Shown in pieces: positions 11,646-22,400 of a stretch of 64,000 nt of DNA; the stretch's first letter is position 1; every line of letters begins with the position of its first letter. The position numbers and the translations under genes were made by a program. The notes under the pieces were generated by a model. It did not search any database and was not told the origin of the DNA. It was given only the letters and a program-made list of their open reading frames with translations. This DNA is from an uncultured Alphaproteobacteria bacterium (GTDB taxonomy: Bacteria; Pseudomonadota; Alphaproteobacteria; Methylaequorales; Methylaequoraceae): assembly GCA_902550225.1 (NCBI GenBank), contig CACCYL010000002.1, positions 13,539 to 77,538 on the forward strand. Reading direction: 5' to 3'.

Positions 11646-12823
11646 ATACTTCAAAGAAACAGATTAATTTTAATTTGAACGATTTTCTTCCTTTTATTGA
11701 CGGTTTGGATATTGCAATAAACTTTTCTTTAGTTATTTTTTTATCTTCTTTTCTTTTAGAGTCATTAGATACAAGAATAGGTATCGTTATTTTATGTTTT
11801 GTTACTTCATTATCTTTTATTTCCAGAATTTTTGACTTAAAAATTTCAAAGTTATTAGAAAAATTAAAAATCAATAAAATAAATCTGTTTTTAATTTTAT
11901 TCTTTCTCTACTTTATACCTGTTATAATTCAAAAGGAATTTCCAATTTTTTTGTCAATTGGAATTTTCATTATTTTTAGGGTTTTTACAGGTATTATAAT
12001 TTCATTAAGTTATAGAAATGTTTTAATAAACGAACAAAAATTTGCTACAAACGTTTTACAGTTGAAATATTGGATATTAATTTTTCTTGGAATTGCCTGC
12101 GGTTCAGTATTTTATAATTTAATGAATGAAATTTATTCAAATGATTTCATAAATAATGGTGGTTGGAAAATACTTTATGTAATAGTTATAACCTTACTTT
12201 TAGTAATATTTGTTCTTTCCAAATTTTATTTAAAAAAAAATCTTATTATAATTCTAGATTCCAATAATATAAAAAATAATACTTTTGTTACTAACTATTT
12301 AAATAGTTTTATTTTATTTATACCTATTTTATGTTTTTTACTTTTTTCTTTTTCTAATTGGCTACCAAAATTCAGTAACCCTGACAATTTATACTTTTTG
12401 AGTTATGGATTTTTATATTTATTTTTAACTAACTTAATTTTGTTTTTTATAACACCGCTTGCTAATATTGTAGGTAGAAGAAAATCTGTAATCTTTTTCA
12501 ATTTATCGATTCTAATAATTTCCTCAATTTGCACATTTGTAGATCATTCATCAAGTTATAGTATTGATTTTCTTAAATTTTTTTTATCTTTGGTGTCAAG
12601 TTTCACGATTTGTTGCTTTATCCTTCAACAGCAAATAAACAGAACTACAGAAAATTTATGTATTTCAAGCTTAAACCTTTCTTTTCTTACCGCAGGTATA
12701 TTTGTTTCGCCATTTGTCTTTATTGCAGTTAATTTTTCAATAAATTATTCTGTTATTTACATATTTTTATCAATAGTTTATTTTATAAATTATATAAAGA
12801 TCGTTTTAAAAAAAGATGGATAA
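11642..12823 (+). CDS. Polytopic membrane protein, divergent MFS-like
   Basis: About 11-12 hydrophobic segments, GGWKILY and [10 protein letters not shown] (MFS motif-A-like). Confidence 0.55.
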   Translation: MNTSKKQINFNLNDFLPFIDGLDIAINFSLVIFLSSFLLESLDTRIGIVILCFVTSLSFISRIFDLKISKLLEKLKINKINLFLILFFLYFIPVIIQKEFPIFLSIGIFIIFRVFTGIIISLSYRNVLINEQKFATNVLQLKYWILIFLGIACGSVFYNLMNEIYSNDFINNGGWKILYVIVITLLLVIFVLSKFYLKKNLIIILDSNNIKNNTFVTNYLNSFILFIPILCFLLFSFSNWLPKFSNPDNLYFLSYGFLYLFLTNLILFFITPLANIVGRRKSVIFFNLSILIISSICTFVDHSSSYSIDFLKFFLSLVSSFTICCFILQQQINRTTENLCISSLNLSFLTAGIFVSPFVFIAVNFSINYSVIYIFLSIVYFINYIKIVLKKDG

Positions 12824-13136
12824 AATTTCAGCTTCACACATTTTGATTATGCATAAAGATTCTAAAGATTCTAGATCAAGTTTATCCAAAGATGACGCTA
12901 TGAAACTTATCAATAAAATACATAATGAACTGACTAGTGAAAAGTCTTCTTTCAAGGATCTTGCTAGTAAACATTCTGAATGCTCCTCATCTGCATATGG
13001 AGGAAGTTTAGGAGAATTTGGCAAAGGAATGATGGTAAAGCCCTTCGAAGAAAGTGCCTTTTCTTTAAAAGTTGGTGAAATTTGTGAACCAATTGAAACT
13101 GAGTTTGGTTTTCATATAATTAAAAGAGATAAATAA
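12816..13136 (+). CDS. Parvulin-type peptidyl-prolyl isomerase
   Basis: [32 protein letters not shown]. Confidence 0.93.
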   Translation: MDKISASHILIMHKDSKDSRSSLSKDDAMKLINKIHNELTSEKSSFKDLASKHSECSSSAYGGSLGEFGKGMMVKPFEESAFSLKVGEICEPIETEFGFHIIKRDK

Positions 13137-13158
13137 ATCCGTTAAATAATAAGAAACC

Positions 13159-13386
13159 TTATTCTTTTAAATCTTCTGACCAAGCAGCTGCCAATAGCTG
13201 TCTGATTCTTAAAATATTTTCATTATCTTGAGTTTTAATATTTATATCTTTTTTTTTTTTTTTTACGCTAGCGTTTAACCACAACATTTCAATTGATTCA
13301 ATTAAATTTTTTTTTTCAATTGAGGATAAATTATTGAAATTTTTAATAGACTCTTTCAAATTACTTACTTCGTCGTCATGCGCCAT
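13159..13386 (-). CDS. Hypothetical protein
   Basis: 75-aa ORF whose start overlaps the end of the upstream small ORF. Confidence 0.55.
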   Translation of the reverse strand: MAHDDEVSNLKESIKNFNNLSSIEKKNLIESIEMLWLNASVKKKKKDINIKTQDNENILRIRQLLAAAWSEDLKE

Positions 13387-13522
13387 ATTCAGTTGCCATT
13401 TCGAATAAAAATCTTGTTTCTTTTTGATAAACTTCTTTATTAATAAATCCTTTTACATAAAGTTCTCTGACATTTTCCATTTCGTTTTTTATTGCTACCA
13501 ATTTTTCTTCTGTATTTGTCAT
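13376..13522 (-). CDS. Small hypothetical protein (48 aa, SHOCT-like helical)
   Basis: Manual translation MTNTEEKLVAIKNEMENVRELYVKGFINKEVYQKETRFLFEMATEYGA; fills the gap and overlaps the next gene. Confidence 0.55.
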   Translation of the reverse strand: MTNTEEKLVAIKNEMENVRELYVKGFINKEVYQKETRFLFEMATEYGA

Positions 13523-13565
13523 ATTTTGATAATAATATAGTATTATATTTAGTAAACATTATAAA

Positions 13566-13820
13566 ATGAAAAATAGACTTTCAAAATCTATTCAAAGATT
13601 AAAAAAAGAGAAAAAAATTTCTGATAAAGAGAAATCTGATTCAAAAGTTTTAACAGCGTATAATGTAAAAATATTTAGAAATTTGTCCGAGAAATATGAC
13701 TTATCATTAACATTAAATAATGAAAAAATTAATAAAGAAAATGATAAGGAACAAAATTTAAGTTTGGGTGCACAGATGACTCTAGAAAGAATAAAAAAAG
13801 GTGAGAATTTTAAGTTATAA
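13566..13820 (+). CDS. Hypothetical protein
   Basis: 84-aa ORF overlapping the DUF192 start. Confidence 0.5.
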   Translation: MKNRLSKSIQRLKKEKKISDKEKSDSKVLTAYNVKIFRNLSEKYDLSLTLNNEKINKENDKEQNLSLGAQMTLERIKKGENFKL

Positions 13821-14283
13821 AATTCTCTTTTTTGTTATTTTTGGATTTACCGAGCTGCGATCAAACGAGTTCGCACTCATTCATTCAAAAAATTTTTCTA
13901 ATTTGTTAGTAAAAATAGCCATTGATGATAATACAAAGCAAAAAGGTCTTATGAATATGAAAAAGTTAAACACTAATAATGGGATGCTTTTTATTTACGA
14001 TGTACCGCAAATAGTCAAGTTCTGGATGTACAATACTTTCATTCCATTAGATATAATATTTATTGACGATAGAAACATCATCAGTTCTATAAAAGAGGGT
14101 GTTCCAATGAAAAAAAAATTAATTTCATCTGAAATTAAAATTTCTGCTGTGTTAGAAATACCGAAAGGCTGTGCAAAAAAATTAAAAATTAAGAAAGGTC
14201 AAATTGTTTCTTGGATAATAAAAAAATCAGCTGAAATAAAAAATATTAGATATTTTCATTGTTTAAATTTAAAAGAAAAATAG
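13801..14283 (+). CDS. DUF192 family protein
   Basis: KGLM, GMLF, FWMYNTFIPLDIIF, VLEIPKG. Confidence 0.9.
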   Translation: MRILSYKILFFVIFGFTELRSNEFALIHSKNFSNLLVKIAIDDNTKQKGLMNMKKLNTNNGMLFIYDVPQIVKFWMYNTFIPLDIIFIDDRNIISSIKEGVPMKKKLISSEIKISAVLEIPKGCAKKLKIKKGQIVSWIIKKSAEIKNIRYFHCLNLKEK

Positions 14284-14303
14284 AATAAAATGGGGAAATT
14301 GTT

Positions 14304-14927
14304 TTGGGAAAATTTATTGAAAAATATAAATTAGAAAATCCTAGCTTTAGCTTTGAGTTAAATGAGCTAATTCAAAAAATTAAGTCTGAGAATAATCAAG
14401 AAACAGAAGATTTGTTTTCTACAATTAACTCACTTAGAGAAAAATTAGATCAATCTATTTTTGAAAAAAATACTGCAGTACAAAAAGCTATTTCATTAAA
14501 AAATGATGAAATAAACCAGTTAAAAACTTCTGTAAAAGAACTTAGAAATCAAATGGAGAAGCTAAGATTTGAAAAAAGAGAAGCAATTCAAATTCAAATT
14601 CAGGCTTCAGCTAATGAAATAAAACAACTTAAGTTGTCTTGTTCCGCATTAAGAGAAGAGCTTGAAAATTTAAAGTTCGAAAAACAAGAAGCTGTACAAA
14701 ATGCGATAAAGAAATCTTCACTTGAAATTAGCGAATTAAAAGATGCAACTTCTGCTTTAAGAGACGAATTAGTTGAATCAAAGTTTTCAAAAAAACAAGC
14801 AATTCAAAAAGCGGTTTTAAATTCCAGTGATGAAATTAAACAACTTAAAAATTCAACACAATCACTTAGAGACGAATTAGAAAAAGTAATAAAAAATTAT
14901 GAAAAAAAAATCCAAAAAAAACAATAA
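14304..14927 (+). CDS. Coiled-coil protein with about 4.3 x 36-aa repeats
   Basis: Recurring LRxELxxxxFEKxxAVQxAxxxxxxEIxQLK unit; TTG start; 8 bp upstream of the cyclase. Confidence 0.8.
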   Translation: MGKFIEKYKLENPSFSFELNELIQKIKSENNQETEDLFSTINSLREKLDQSIFEKNTAVQKAISLKNDEINQLKTSVKELRNQMEKLRFEKREAIQIQIQASANEIKQLKLSCSALREELENLKFEKQEAVQNAIKKSSLEISELKDATSALRDELVESKFSKKQAIQKAVLNSSDEIKQLKNSTQSLRDELEKVIKNYEKKIQKKQ

Positions 14928-14935
14928 GTTAAAAA

Positions 14936-17242
14936 ATGAAAAACGGTAACGAAAACATAGTCCAAACCTTGGAGAAGCTAAGAAGAACCGAGCTCTTACT
15001 TCAGATATCTAGAAAAATTGCTGGACTTAAATCCTTAGAGGAGATTTTGTGGACACTTATAGAATTCGTTACTAATGAGTTAGATGCAGATAGAGGAACA
15101 TTATTTTTAAATGATAACGAAACTAATGAACTTTATTCAAGAGTTGCTCAAGGGGACTTGACTCGCGAAATAAGAATTTTAAATAACGTGGGAATTGCAG
15201 GTGCAATTTTTCAAAACAAGTCTGGGGAAGTCATTCATGACGTTTATGCCGATTCCCGTTTTAACAAAGAAGTTGATCAGGAAACAGGTTATAAGACAAA
15301 AAATATGATTTGTTGTCCAGTTAAAACTGTTGACGGACTGACGATAGGCGTTATTCAAGTTTTAAATAAAAGAAAGGGAAGATTTACAAAAGATAATCTT
15401 TTCTTTGCAGAGTCAATTGCTACCCAAGCCGCTGTATCAATTCAAAATGCGCAAAATACGGAACATTTTGAAAAAAAAAGAGCTAAAGAAATGGAGTTTA
15501 TAAGTATTGTTTCTGATGTCACAGCTGAAATCGATTTAGGAGCTTTGCTGCAAAGAGTGATGGAGGAGGCAACACGAATGCTCAATGCTGACAGGGCTAC
15601 ATTATTTTTAAATGATGAAAAAACCAATGAATTATTTTCAAGGGTAGCTATGGGGGAAGGCATTGGTGAGATAAGACTTCCTAACACTGCAGGAATTGCA
15701 GGATCAGTTTTTACTTCTGGTAAATCAATGAATATTCCCTATGCCTATGCTGATTTAAGATTTAATCCTTCATTTGATAAACAGACAGGGTATTTTACTC
15801 GTTCGATTTTGTGTGTACCTGTTGTAAATAAAGAGGGTAAGGTAATTGGTTGTACACAAGTTTTAAATAAGAGTGGTGGCAAGTTTACAGATGAAGATGA
15901 ATCTAGGTTAAAGGCATTTACTCAACAAGTTGCAATTGCTCTTGAAAATGCCAAGCTTTTTGAAGATGTATCTAAATCTAGAAAGTATAACGAAAGTATG
16001 CTTTCTAGTATGTCTAACGGAGTTATAACAATCAATAGTGAAGAAGAAATTGTTACTTGCAACAAATCTGGCTTAAAAATACTGCGAACTAAAGATTTAG
16101 ATATAATAAAAAAGCAATCCAAAGATTTTTTTTCTGGAAATAAAAAATGGATATATGAGAAAATTAAGAGTGTTGGTGAATCAAAAGAACCAGAAATTAT
16201 TGTTGACGCTGAAATAGAGGTTTTCGACAATGAAACAGAAAAAGAAGAAAAAATATCAGTAAATTTGACAATACTTCCACTGATAAATGAAGATAGTGAT
16301 GGAAGAACAGATCAATCAGACAATTTTCTTGGCACTTTATTGATGTTTGAAGATATTTCTTCAGAAAAAAGAATGAAATCAACAATGTCTAGATACATGG
16401 ATCCTGGAATAGCAGATCAATTATTAGAGGATGGATCAGACATCATGGGAGGGCTAGAAACAACCGCAACGTTGTTGTTTTCTGATTTAAGAAGTTTTAC
16501 TACCATTACAGAGTCGTTGGGTGCTCAGGGTACTGTAAAATTATTAAATGAATATTTTGAAATAATGGTTGAATGCATATCAGAGCAGGGGGGTATGTTA
16601 GACAAATTTATTGGAGATGCAATTATGGCGGCATTTGGTCTTCCAATATCACATGAAGATGACGAAGATAGGGGTGTTAAAGCTGGTATCAATATGATCA
16701 AAAGATTATGGGAGTGGAACGAGCAAAGAGAAAAAGACGGCAAACCTCCTGTTGATATGGGATTAGGATTAAATACGGACAAAATTGTGGCAGGAAATAT
16801 CGGATCACAAAAAAGAATGGATTACACGATGATCGGTGACGGTGTGAATTTAGCAGCGCGTTTAGAAAGTGCATGCAAACAATATAGTGCAAGAATTTTA
16901 ATTAGTGACTATACATTTAAAAAACTAAAAGGAACTTATCGCATTAGGTATATTGATGATGTTGTTGTTAAAGGAAAAAACGAACCTATTGGTGTTCATG
17001 AAGTTTTAGATTATCACACTGATAAAACTTTTCCGAATTTAATGGATGTTGTAAATCATTTTAATGAAGGTAGAAAACATTATAAAAGTGGAAGTTTTGA
17101 AAAAGCTATTTCATCTTTTAATGAATGTCTTAAATCAAATTCTCAAGATAACTTATCAAAAACATACATTGAGAGATGCAATTTGTTAATAGAGGAGAAA
17201 CCAACTGATTGGAACGGTGTTTGGGTAATGAAAAGCAAATGA
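14936..17242 (+). CDS. GAF-GAF-PAS class III adenylate cyclase (CyaB1-like architecture)
   Basis: Two GAF repeats (DADRGTLFL and NADRATLFL; NKxxGxF), PAS-like MSNGVI segment, catalytic FSDLRSFT, DKFIGDA, YTMIGDGVNLAARLE, TPR-like tail. Confidence 0.93.
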   Translation: MKNGNENIVQTLEKLRRTELLLQISRKIAGLKSLEEILWTLIEFVTNELDADRGTLFLNDNETNELYSRVAQGDLTREIRILNNVGIAGAIFQNKSGEVIHDVYADSRFNKEVDQETGYKTKNMICCPVKTVDGLTIGVIQVLNKRKGRFTKDNLFFAESIATQAAVSIQNAQNTEHFEKKRAKEMEFISIVSDVTAEIDLGALLQRVMEEATRMLNADRATLFLNDEKTNELFSRVAMGEGIGEIRLPNTAGIAGSVFTSGKSMNIPYAYADLRFNPSFDKQTGYFTRSILCVPVVNKEGKVIGCTQVLNKSGGKFTDEDESRLKAFTQQVAIALENAKLFEDVSKSRKYNESMLSSMSNGVITINSEEEIVTCNKSGLKILRTKDLDIIKKQSKDFFSGNKKWIYEKIKSVGESKEPEIIVDAEIEVFDNETEKEEKISVNLTILPLINEDSDGRTDQSDNFLGTLLMFEDISSEKRMKSTMSRYMDPGIADQLLEDGSDIMGGLETTATLLFSDLRSFTTITESLGAQGTVKLLNEYFEIMVECISEQGGMLDKFIGDAIMAAFGLPISHEDDEDRGVKAGINMIKRLWEWNEQREKDGKPPVDMGLGLNTDKIVAGNIGSQKRMDYTMIGDGVNLAARLESACKQYSARILISDYTFKKLKGTYRIRYIDDVVVKGKNEPIGVHEVLDYHTDKTFPNLMDVVNHFNEGRKHYKSGSFEKAISSFNECLKSNSQDNLSKTYIERCNLLIEEKPTDWNGVWVMKSK

Positions 17243-17961
17243 GGAATTTTCCATTAGACAAGGGTTTACCAAGTGTAGATTATATAGTTAAGAACTGGCC
17301 TAACACAAAATGTATTTTAAAAAAATATATTTTGTCAAATCATAAACAACCCAATTTATACTCGATAGCTATAATATGTTTGAAAGAGTTAAAAGTTTTT
17401 AAGTTAAAAGACTATAAATCAATTATTAGAAAATTATCAAAATTATGTTTAAGAAATACTTGTTTCAATACATATCATGATTCTCATCACTTTAAGTCAG
17501 TTTTGGTAATTTCATGCATATTAGGAAAACAATTAAATTTAAAATATAAGGATAGGCTTTTATTGGTCATAATAGCCCTTACTCACGATATGAATCATCA
17601 GGGTAGGAGGATACTTATTAGCAAACCATACTATCAGGAATTAAAAAGCTATGCCGGATTAGAAAAAATTTTATTCAAAAAAATCTTTGTTTTTAAAGAA
17701 TTGAAAAGGATTAAGAAAATATTTGAGAGTACCTTTTTCCCCGTTAAACCAGAAAATGTAGTAGATGATCTTGAGAAAATAATTTTAGATGCTGATATAT
17801 TATCATCCCTAATGTTTGGTCCGCAAGTTGGAGTGAAACTCGCTAGAAGACTGAAACAAGAAATTAGGTATAATGATGACTCTGAACTACTTTTTTCAAA
17901 TTTTCTTAAACTTTTAGGGGGAAAATGTTTATATCTAGATTATTCAAAAAAATCATGTTAA
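17239..17961 (+). CDS. HD-domain protein with class I cyclic-nucleotide phosphodiesterase-like motifs
   Basis: YHDSHH, ALTHDMNHQG, ILDADI; ATGA overlap with the cyclase stop. Confidence 0.7.
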   Translation: MRNFPLDKGLPSVDYIVKNWPNTKCILKKYILSNHKQPNLYSIAIICLKELKVFKLKDYKSIIRKLSKLCLRNTCFNTYHDSHHFKSVLVISCILGKQLNLKYKDRLLLVIIALTHDMNHQGRRILISKPYYQELKSYAGLEKILFKKIFVFKELKRIKKIFESTFFPVKPENVVDDLEKIILDADILSSLMFGPQVGVKLARRLKQEIRYNDDSELLFSNFLKLLGGKCLYLDYSKKSC

Positions 17962-18006
17962 TAATAAACTATTATGAAACGTTGTCGTTAAAAGTTATTC
18001 ACAGTT

Positions 18007-19344
18007 ATGAAATTGTGGATAAGTAGTAATATGGGAAAATTTTTAATAGGGTTTGTATTTTTGATGTGTGCTGGATCACTTGTATCAGCACAAGAAGTAA
18101 AAGATGAGGTTATACCTTATAATCTAAAAGCTGCACTTAAGTCAGTTTTGAATAATCATAAGACAATATTGGCAACAAAAAGTGATATAGAGGCTGCCAA
18201 GTTAAGACTAAAACAATCCAGGGGTGGCTATTTTCCTTCGTTAGATGTTACAGCCAACTACGGACATGAAAATATCATAAAATATGGACCAGGAAACAAC
18301 ACACAATTGATGGGAAGGGACGCAACAGCAAAAATAACTCAAACAATTACAGATTTTGGTTTAACAAAATCAACAGTAGAAACATCTAGATTATCATTAA
18401 AACAAACACGAGCAACTGAAACACAAATTAAAAATGACATTTTATTAAGAGCAATCTCAGCATACTTGAGAATAATTCAATCAAGGGAAAGTGTGCGGTT
18501 CGCAAGACAATCTGTTGCAAACATAAAAAAACAAACCGAACTCGAAGATGCAGCAGTAACTGCTGGAGGTGGACTTACTTCGGATGTTCTCCAAGCAAAA
18601 ACTCAATTAGCTGGTGCTCAGGCACGTTTAATTCAGTTTGAAGGTGTGTTAGCCACTTCTAGACATGAATTTGAATATGTTTTTAATTCATTTCCAGATA
18701 ATTTAAATTCTTTGGTACTCCTCAAATCTGTTTTTGATAAATTACCTAAATCTCTAGAAGAGGCTGAAGAAATAACTATGAAAAATAATCCTTCACTGAT
18801 TGCAGCACGAATCACAGAGGATATCGGTAAAGAAGCAATAAACACAGCTAAATCTTCTCTTTTTCCAACTGTTAAAGGGATAGTGAGTCATTCAGAAAAA
18901 CAAGATTTTGGTGGTGTAGTAGGATTCAAAAGAGAAACCTCTGCAAAGTTAGACTTTGCATATCCATTAAATCTAAGTCTTTCGGAATATGCTGGTAAAG
19001 ATGCGGCGATTGAGTCTTATTTAGCAACCTCTACTAGAATAAGAGATCAAGAGGATATGATTAAACAAATGCTCAGGACTACATGGGACGGTTTAAAAAC
19101 AGCTCAACAAAATTTTCAGTTTCTTACTAATCAGGCAAGAATCTCTGGTGAATTTTTAGAGCTTGCAAGACAAGAAAGAAAAGCAGGAAATCGAACTTTA
19201 CTTGACGTTTTAGGTGGTGAGACTGCTCTAATTAATGCCCAAGCCGATGCAATTGCAGCACAAATTGAAGTTCTCATAAATAGTTACACTTTAATGAGTT
19301 TAATGGGGGGACTTTCAATTGAATCGATTGAATTTGTTGAATAA
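18007..19344 (+). CDS. TolC family outer-membrane channel
   Basis: Signal peptide, YFPSLDV, RTLLDVL, two-repeat OEP architecture. Confidence 0.92.
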   Translation: MKLWISSNMGKFLIGFVFLMCAGSLVSAQEVKDEVIPYNLKAALKSVLNNHKTILATKSDIEAAKLRLKQSRGGYFPSLDVTANYGHENIIKYGPGNNTQLMGRDATAKITQTITDFGLTKSTVETSRLSLKQTRATETQIKNDILLRAISAYLRIIQSRESVRFARQSVANIKKQTELEDAAVTAGGGLTSDVLQAKTQLAGAQARLIQFEGVLATSRHEFEYVFNSFPDNLNSLVLLKSVFDKLPKSLEEAEEITMKNNPSLIAARITEDIGKEAINTAKSSLFPTVKGIVSHSEKQDFGGVVGFKRETSAKLDFAYPLNLSLSEYAGKDAAIESYLATSTRIRDQEDMIKQMLRTTWDGLKTAQQNFQFLTNQARISGEFLELARQERKAGNRTLLDVLGGETALINAQADAIAAQIEVLINSYTLMSLMGGLSIESIEFVE

Positions 19345-19345
19345 A

Positions 19346-19375
19346 TTAGGTCTTTTTAACTTTTAAAACAGTGGT
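19346..19375 (+). promoter_or_regulatory. Bipartite motif TTAGGTC-N14-AACAGTGGT (copy 1)
   Basis: Same half-sites and spacing recur at 22925-22954, upstream of the paralogous gene. Confidence 0.5.
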
Positions 19376-19400
19376 ATTTCGCCTATAGTTAAAACTGGAT

Positions 19401-22400
19401 ATGAAAGGAAATAGTCAACAAATAAATTTCAACGACAGTGGGTTTTTAACTAAAATATATGCTGGCAGCACCATTGACATTGAAGGATTGCCAAGTTGGT
19501 TACCAAAGGCAAATTTTTCAAAAACGCAAACAGACCTTCTGATAACTTCACCAGCTGGCGATGAAATATTATTAGTAGATTTTTTTACAAATTTTGAACT
19601 TCCCTCACTCAAAACCGAAAATGGTTTATTACTTAAAGGCACTTTAATTGATACTTTATCTGGATCATTCACACCTGGACAGTACGCGCAAGCCAATAAT
19701 GCAAATGCACTTTCGATTGGAGAGGTTTCTAGTGTTACGGGAGAGGCAAAAGCAACTCGTTTGGACGGATCAACTGTTAATCTTGCAACTGGAGATCCAG
19801 TTTTTCAAGGAGATACTGTAGAAACTACTGGGGCAGGGGCAATTGGATTAGTATTTCTTGATAAAACAACTCTCTCATTATCGGAGGGTGGAAAAATGGT
19901 TTTAGATGAACTTGTATATGACCCTGCAACAGGAACTGGAAGTATGGCCGTTGACATGGTTGAGGGAGCTTTCAGTTTTGTGAGTGGCGAGATTGCTAAA
20001 ACTGGGCCAGATGCAATGAAAGTTTCAACACCGGTTGCAACTATTGGGATAAGAGGAACTACGGTTGCAGGTAAAGCTGCAGTTGAAGGCAACGAAAACT
20101 CATTTACACTTCTACAAGACGCTGATGGAGGAGTAGGACAAATATCTGTGAGTAATGCCGGTGGAACTCAAGTTCTAGCACAGGTTGGTGCGACCACGAG
20201 TATAACGAGTTTTACAGCTCCACCCCCACCCCCAATTATTTTAAGTGCAGCACAAATTCAAGCAAATTATGGAACAGCTTTAAATGTTTTACCACCAACG
20301 CCTGTGGTTGCTCCAACACCACAACCACCCCCACCGCCTCAAGAACAACAACAGGAGCAAGTTCAAGAAGAGGAGTCTCAAGAGGAAGAAGAGGCAGTAG
20401 AAGAGGAGGCTGTTGAAGAGGAATTACAAGAGGAGGGAGAAGGTCCTCCAGAAGGAGAGGAGGGAGAAGGTCCTCCAGAGGGTGAAGAAGGAGAAGGTCC
20501 TCCAGAAGGAGAAGGTCCTCCAGAAGGAGAAGAGGGCCCGCCGATTGGACCTGATGGAGAACCGTTAGCAGAAGAAGGACCTCCCGAAGGAGACGGCCCG
20601 CCGATTGGACCTGATGGAGAGCCATTAGCAGAAGGAGAAGGCGGTCCACCAATAGGACCTGATGGAGAACCCTTACCACCTGGAGAAGGCGGTCCGCCGA
20701 TTGGACCCGATGGAGAGCCACTAGCTGACGGTCCACCAATAGGACCTGATGGAGAACCCTTACCGCCTGGAGATTTTGGTCCTGGAGGCCCGCCGATTGG
20801 ACCCGATGGAGAGCCACTAGCTGACGGCCCACCAATAGGACCTGACGGAGAACCCCTGCCACCTGGAGATTTTGGTCCTGGTGGTCCTACACCTGAACAA
20901 GACGCAGCTGCAAGAGAGGCTTTTGAAACTGCATTGGCCGCCGGTTTATCTCCTGAAGAAGCAATGGCAGAAGCCGCTGCTGCTGCTGGAATTCCTCCAC
21001 CACCAGGAGGGTTCGGAGGAGATCCTTTGTCAGCAACAGTTGGAGGTGATGAGTTTGCAGGAGGTCCTCTTGGTCCAGGCGGTCCAGGAGATTTTGGTCC
21101 GGGAGGTCCAGGAGACTTTGGTCCTGGTGGTCCAGGAGACTTTGGTCCGGGAGGTCCAGGAGATTTTGGTCCTGGTGGTCCAGGAGACTTTGGTCCTGGT
21201 GGCCCAGGAGACTTTGGTCCGGGTGACCCTGATGATTTTGGTTTTGGAGGTCCAGGAGATTTTGGTCCAGGAGGCCCAGGAGATTTTGGTCCTGGTGGTC
21301 CAGGTGGATTCGGTGATCCACTTTCATTTTTAGGACCCGCTCCTGATAATGCCGCAACTTTTGCGCCTCTAGGTGGTCCAATGGATCCTAATGATCCATT
21401 TGCTGCTTTCGGGGGGAATGCTTTTGGTGATAGCCCAATTGGTTTGCCAGGTGGTCCAGGCGGTCCTGGTGGTCCAGGAGACTTCGGTCCGGGAGGTCCC
21501 GGTGGTCCAGGAGACTTCGGTCCGGGAGGTCCTGGTGGTCCAGGAGATTTTGGACCAGGTGGAGGACCTGGAAATTTCGATTCTGGCTCGGGCGGTGATC
21601 AAGGGTCCTTTGGAACTTTTCTTCCACCAGGTTCTTTTCAACCACCTGGTACTGTTCAACAGCCAGGTGCTTATATCCCAGCTCAAGTAGGTTTTGCTCC
21701 AATTGCACCTGTTACAACAGCTCCCGTAATTGGTTCGGGTTTTTCAGCCAATGATGGTGGTGGTTTTCACGGAGGTCCTGGTGGACCTGCAGGTTTTGAT
21801 CCAGGTGGGGGTCCCGGTGATTTTGGTCCAGGTGGTCCAGGTGGTCCCGGTGATTTTGGTCCGGGAGGTCCAGGAGACTTTGGTCCAGGAGGCCCTGGTG
21901 GCTTTAGTCCAGCTGGCTTTGGTGCTGATGGCTTTGGTCCAGGAGGCTTTGGTCCTGCAGGCTTTGGTCCTGCAGGCTTTGGTCCTGGAGGCTTTGGTCC
22001 AGGAGGTTTCGGTCCTACGGGTTTTGGTCCTGGAGGCTTTGGTCCAGGAGGTTTTGGTCCTGCAGGTTTTGGTCCTGCAGGCTTCGGTCCTGCAGGCTTT
22101 GATCCATATGGTCCTGATCCAAGCGGTGGAGTGCCTGCTGGAGATTTTTATTATGAAGATGCAAGTATGTATGAGAATACTGGAGAAGCAGAAGGTTCTG
22201 AATCTGGAAGCGGAAGTGGAGGTGGAAGTAGTGGGACTACATTCATAGGATCAAATAATGTTGATAACGTTGATAAATCTGCGGAATCCGTCGCATGGCG
22301 TTTTGAAGGTTATAGCGGGGCAGATATTTTCAAGGGTGGGTCTGGTGATGATATCTTTTGGGGAGCAATTGATGGTGATACTTTAACTGGTAATGCTGGG

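Noticed and set aside
17209-17238. ORF-track upstream starts at 17209, 48856, 49034, 55624 and 60177
   Set aside because: Downstream ATGs give coupled overlaps or family-typical N-termini (for example MCGR for SRAP), so the shorter starts were used
17962-18006. CRP/Clr site upstream of tolC
   Set aside because: Only a TCACA half-site, with no properly spaced TGTGA partner
21070-22105. Tandem repeats as a possible CRISPR array
   Set aside because: No unique spacers, unit lengths are multiples of 3, variation is mostly synonymous, and there are no cas genes
20440-22105. Collagen-like call for the Gly/Pro repeats
   Set aside because: Gly does not keep an uninterrupted Gly-X-Y register; periods are 5, 8 and 11 residues
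20236-22248. Many alternative-frame and antisense ORFs over the Gly/Pro repeats
   Set aside because: Shadows of GC-rich repetitive coding DNA with few stop codons; the 19401 frame carries recognisable domains on both sides
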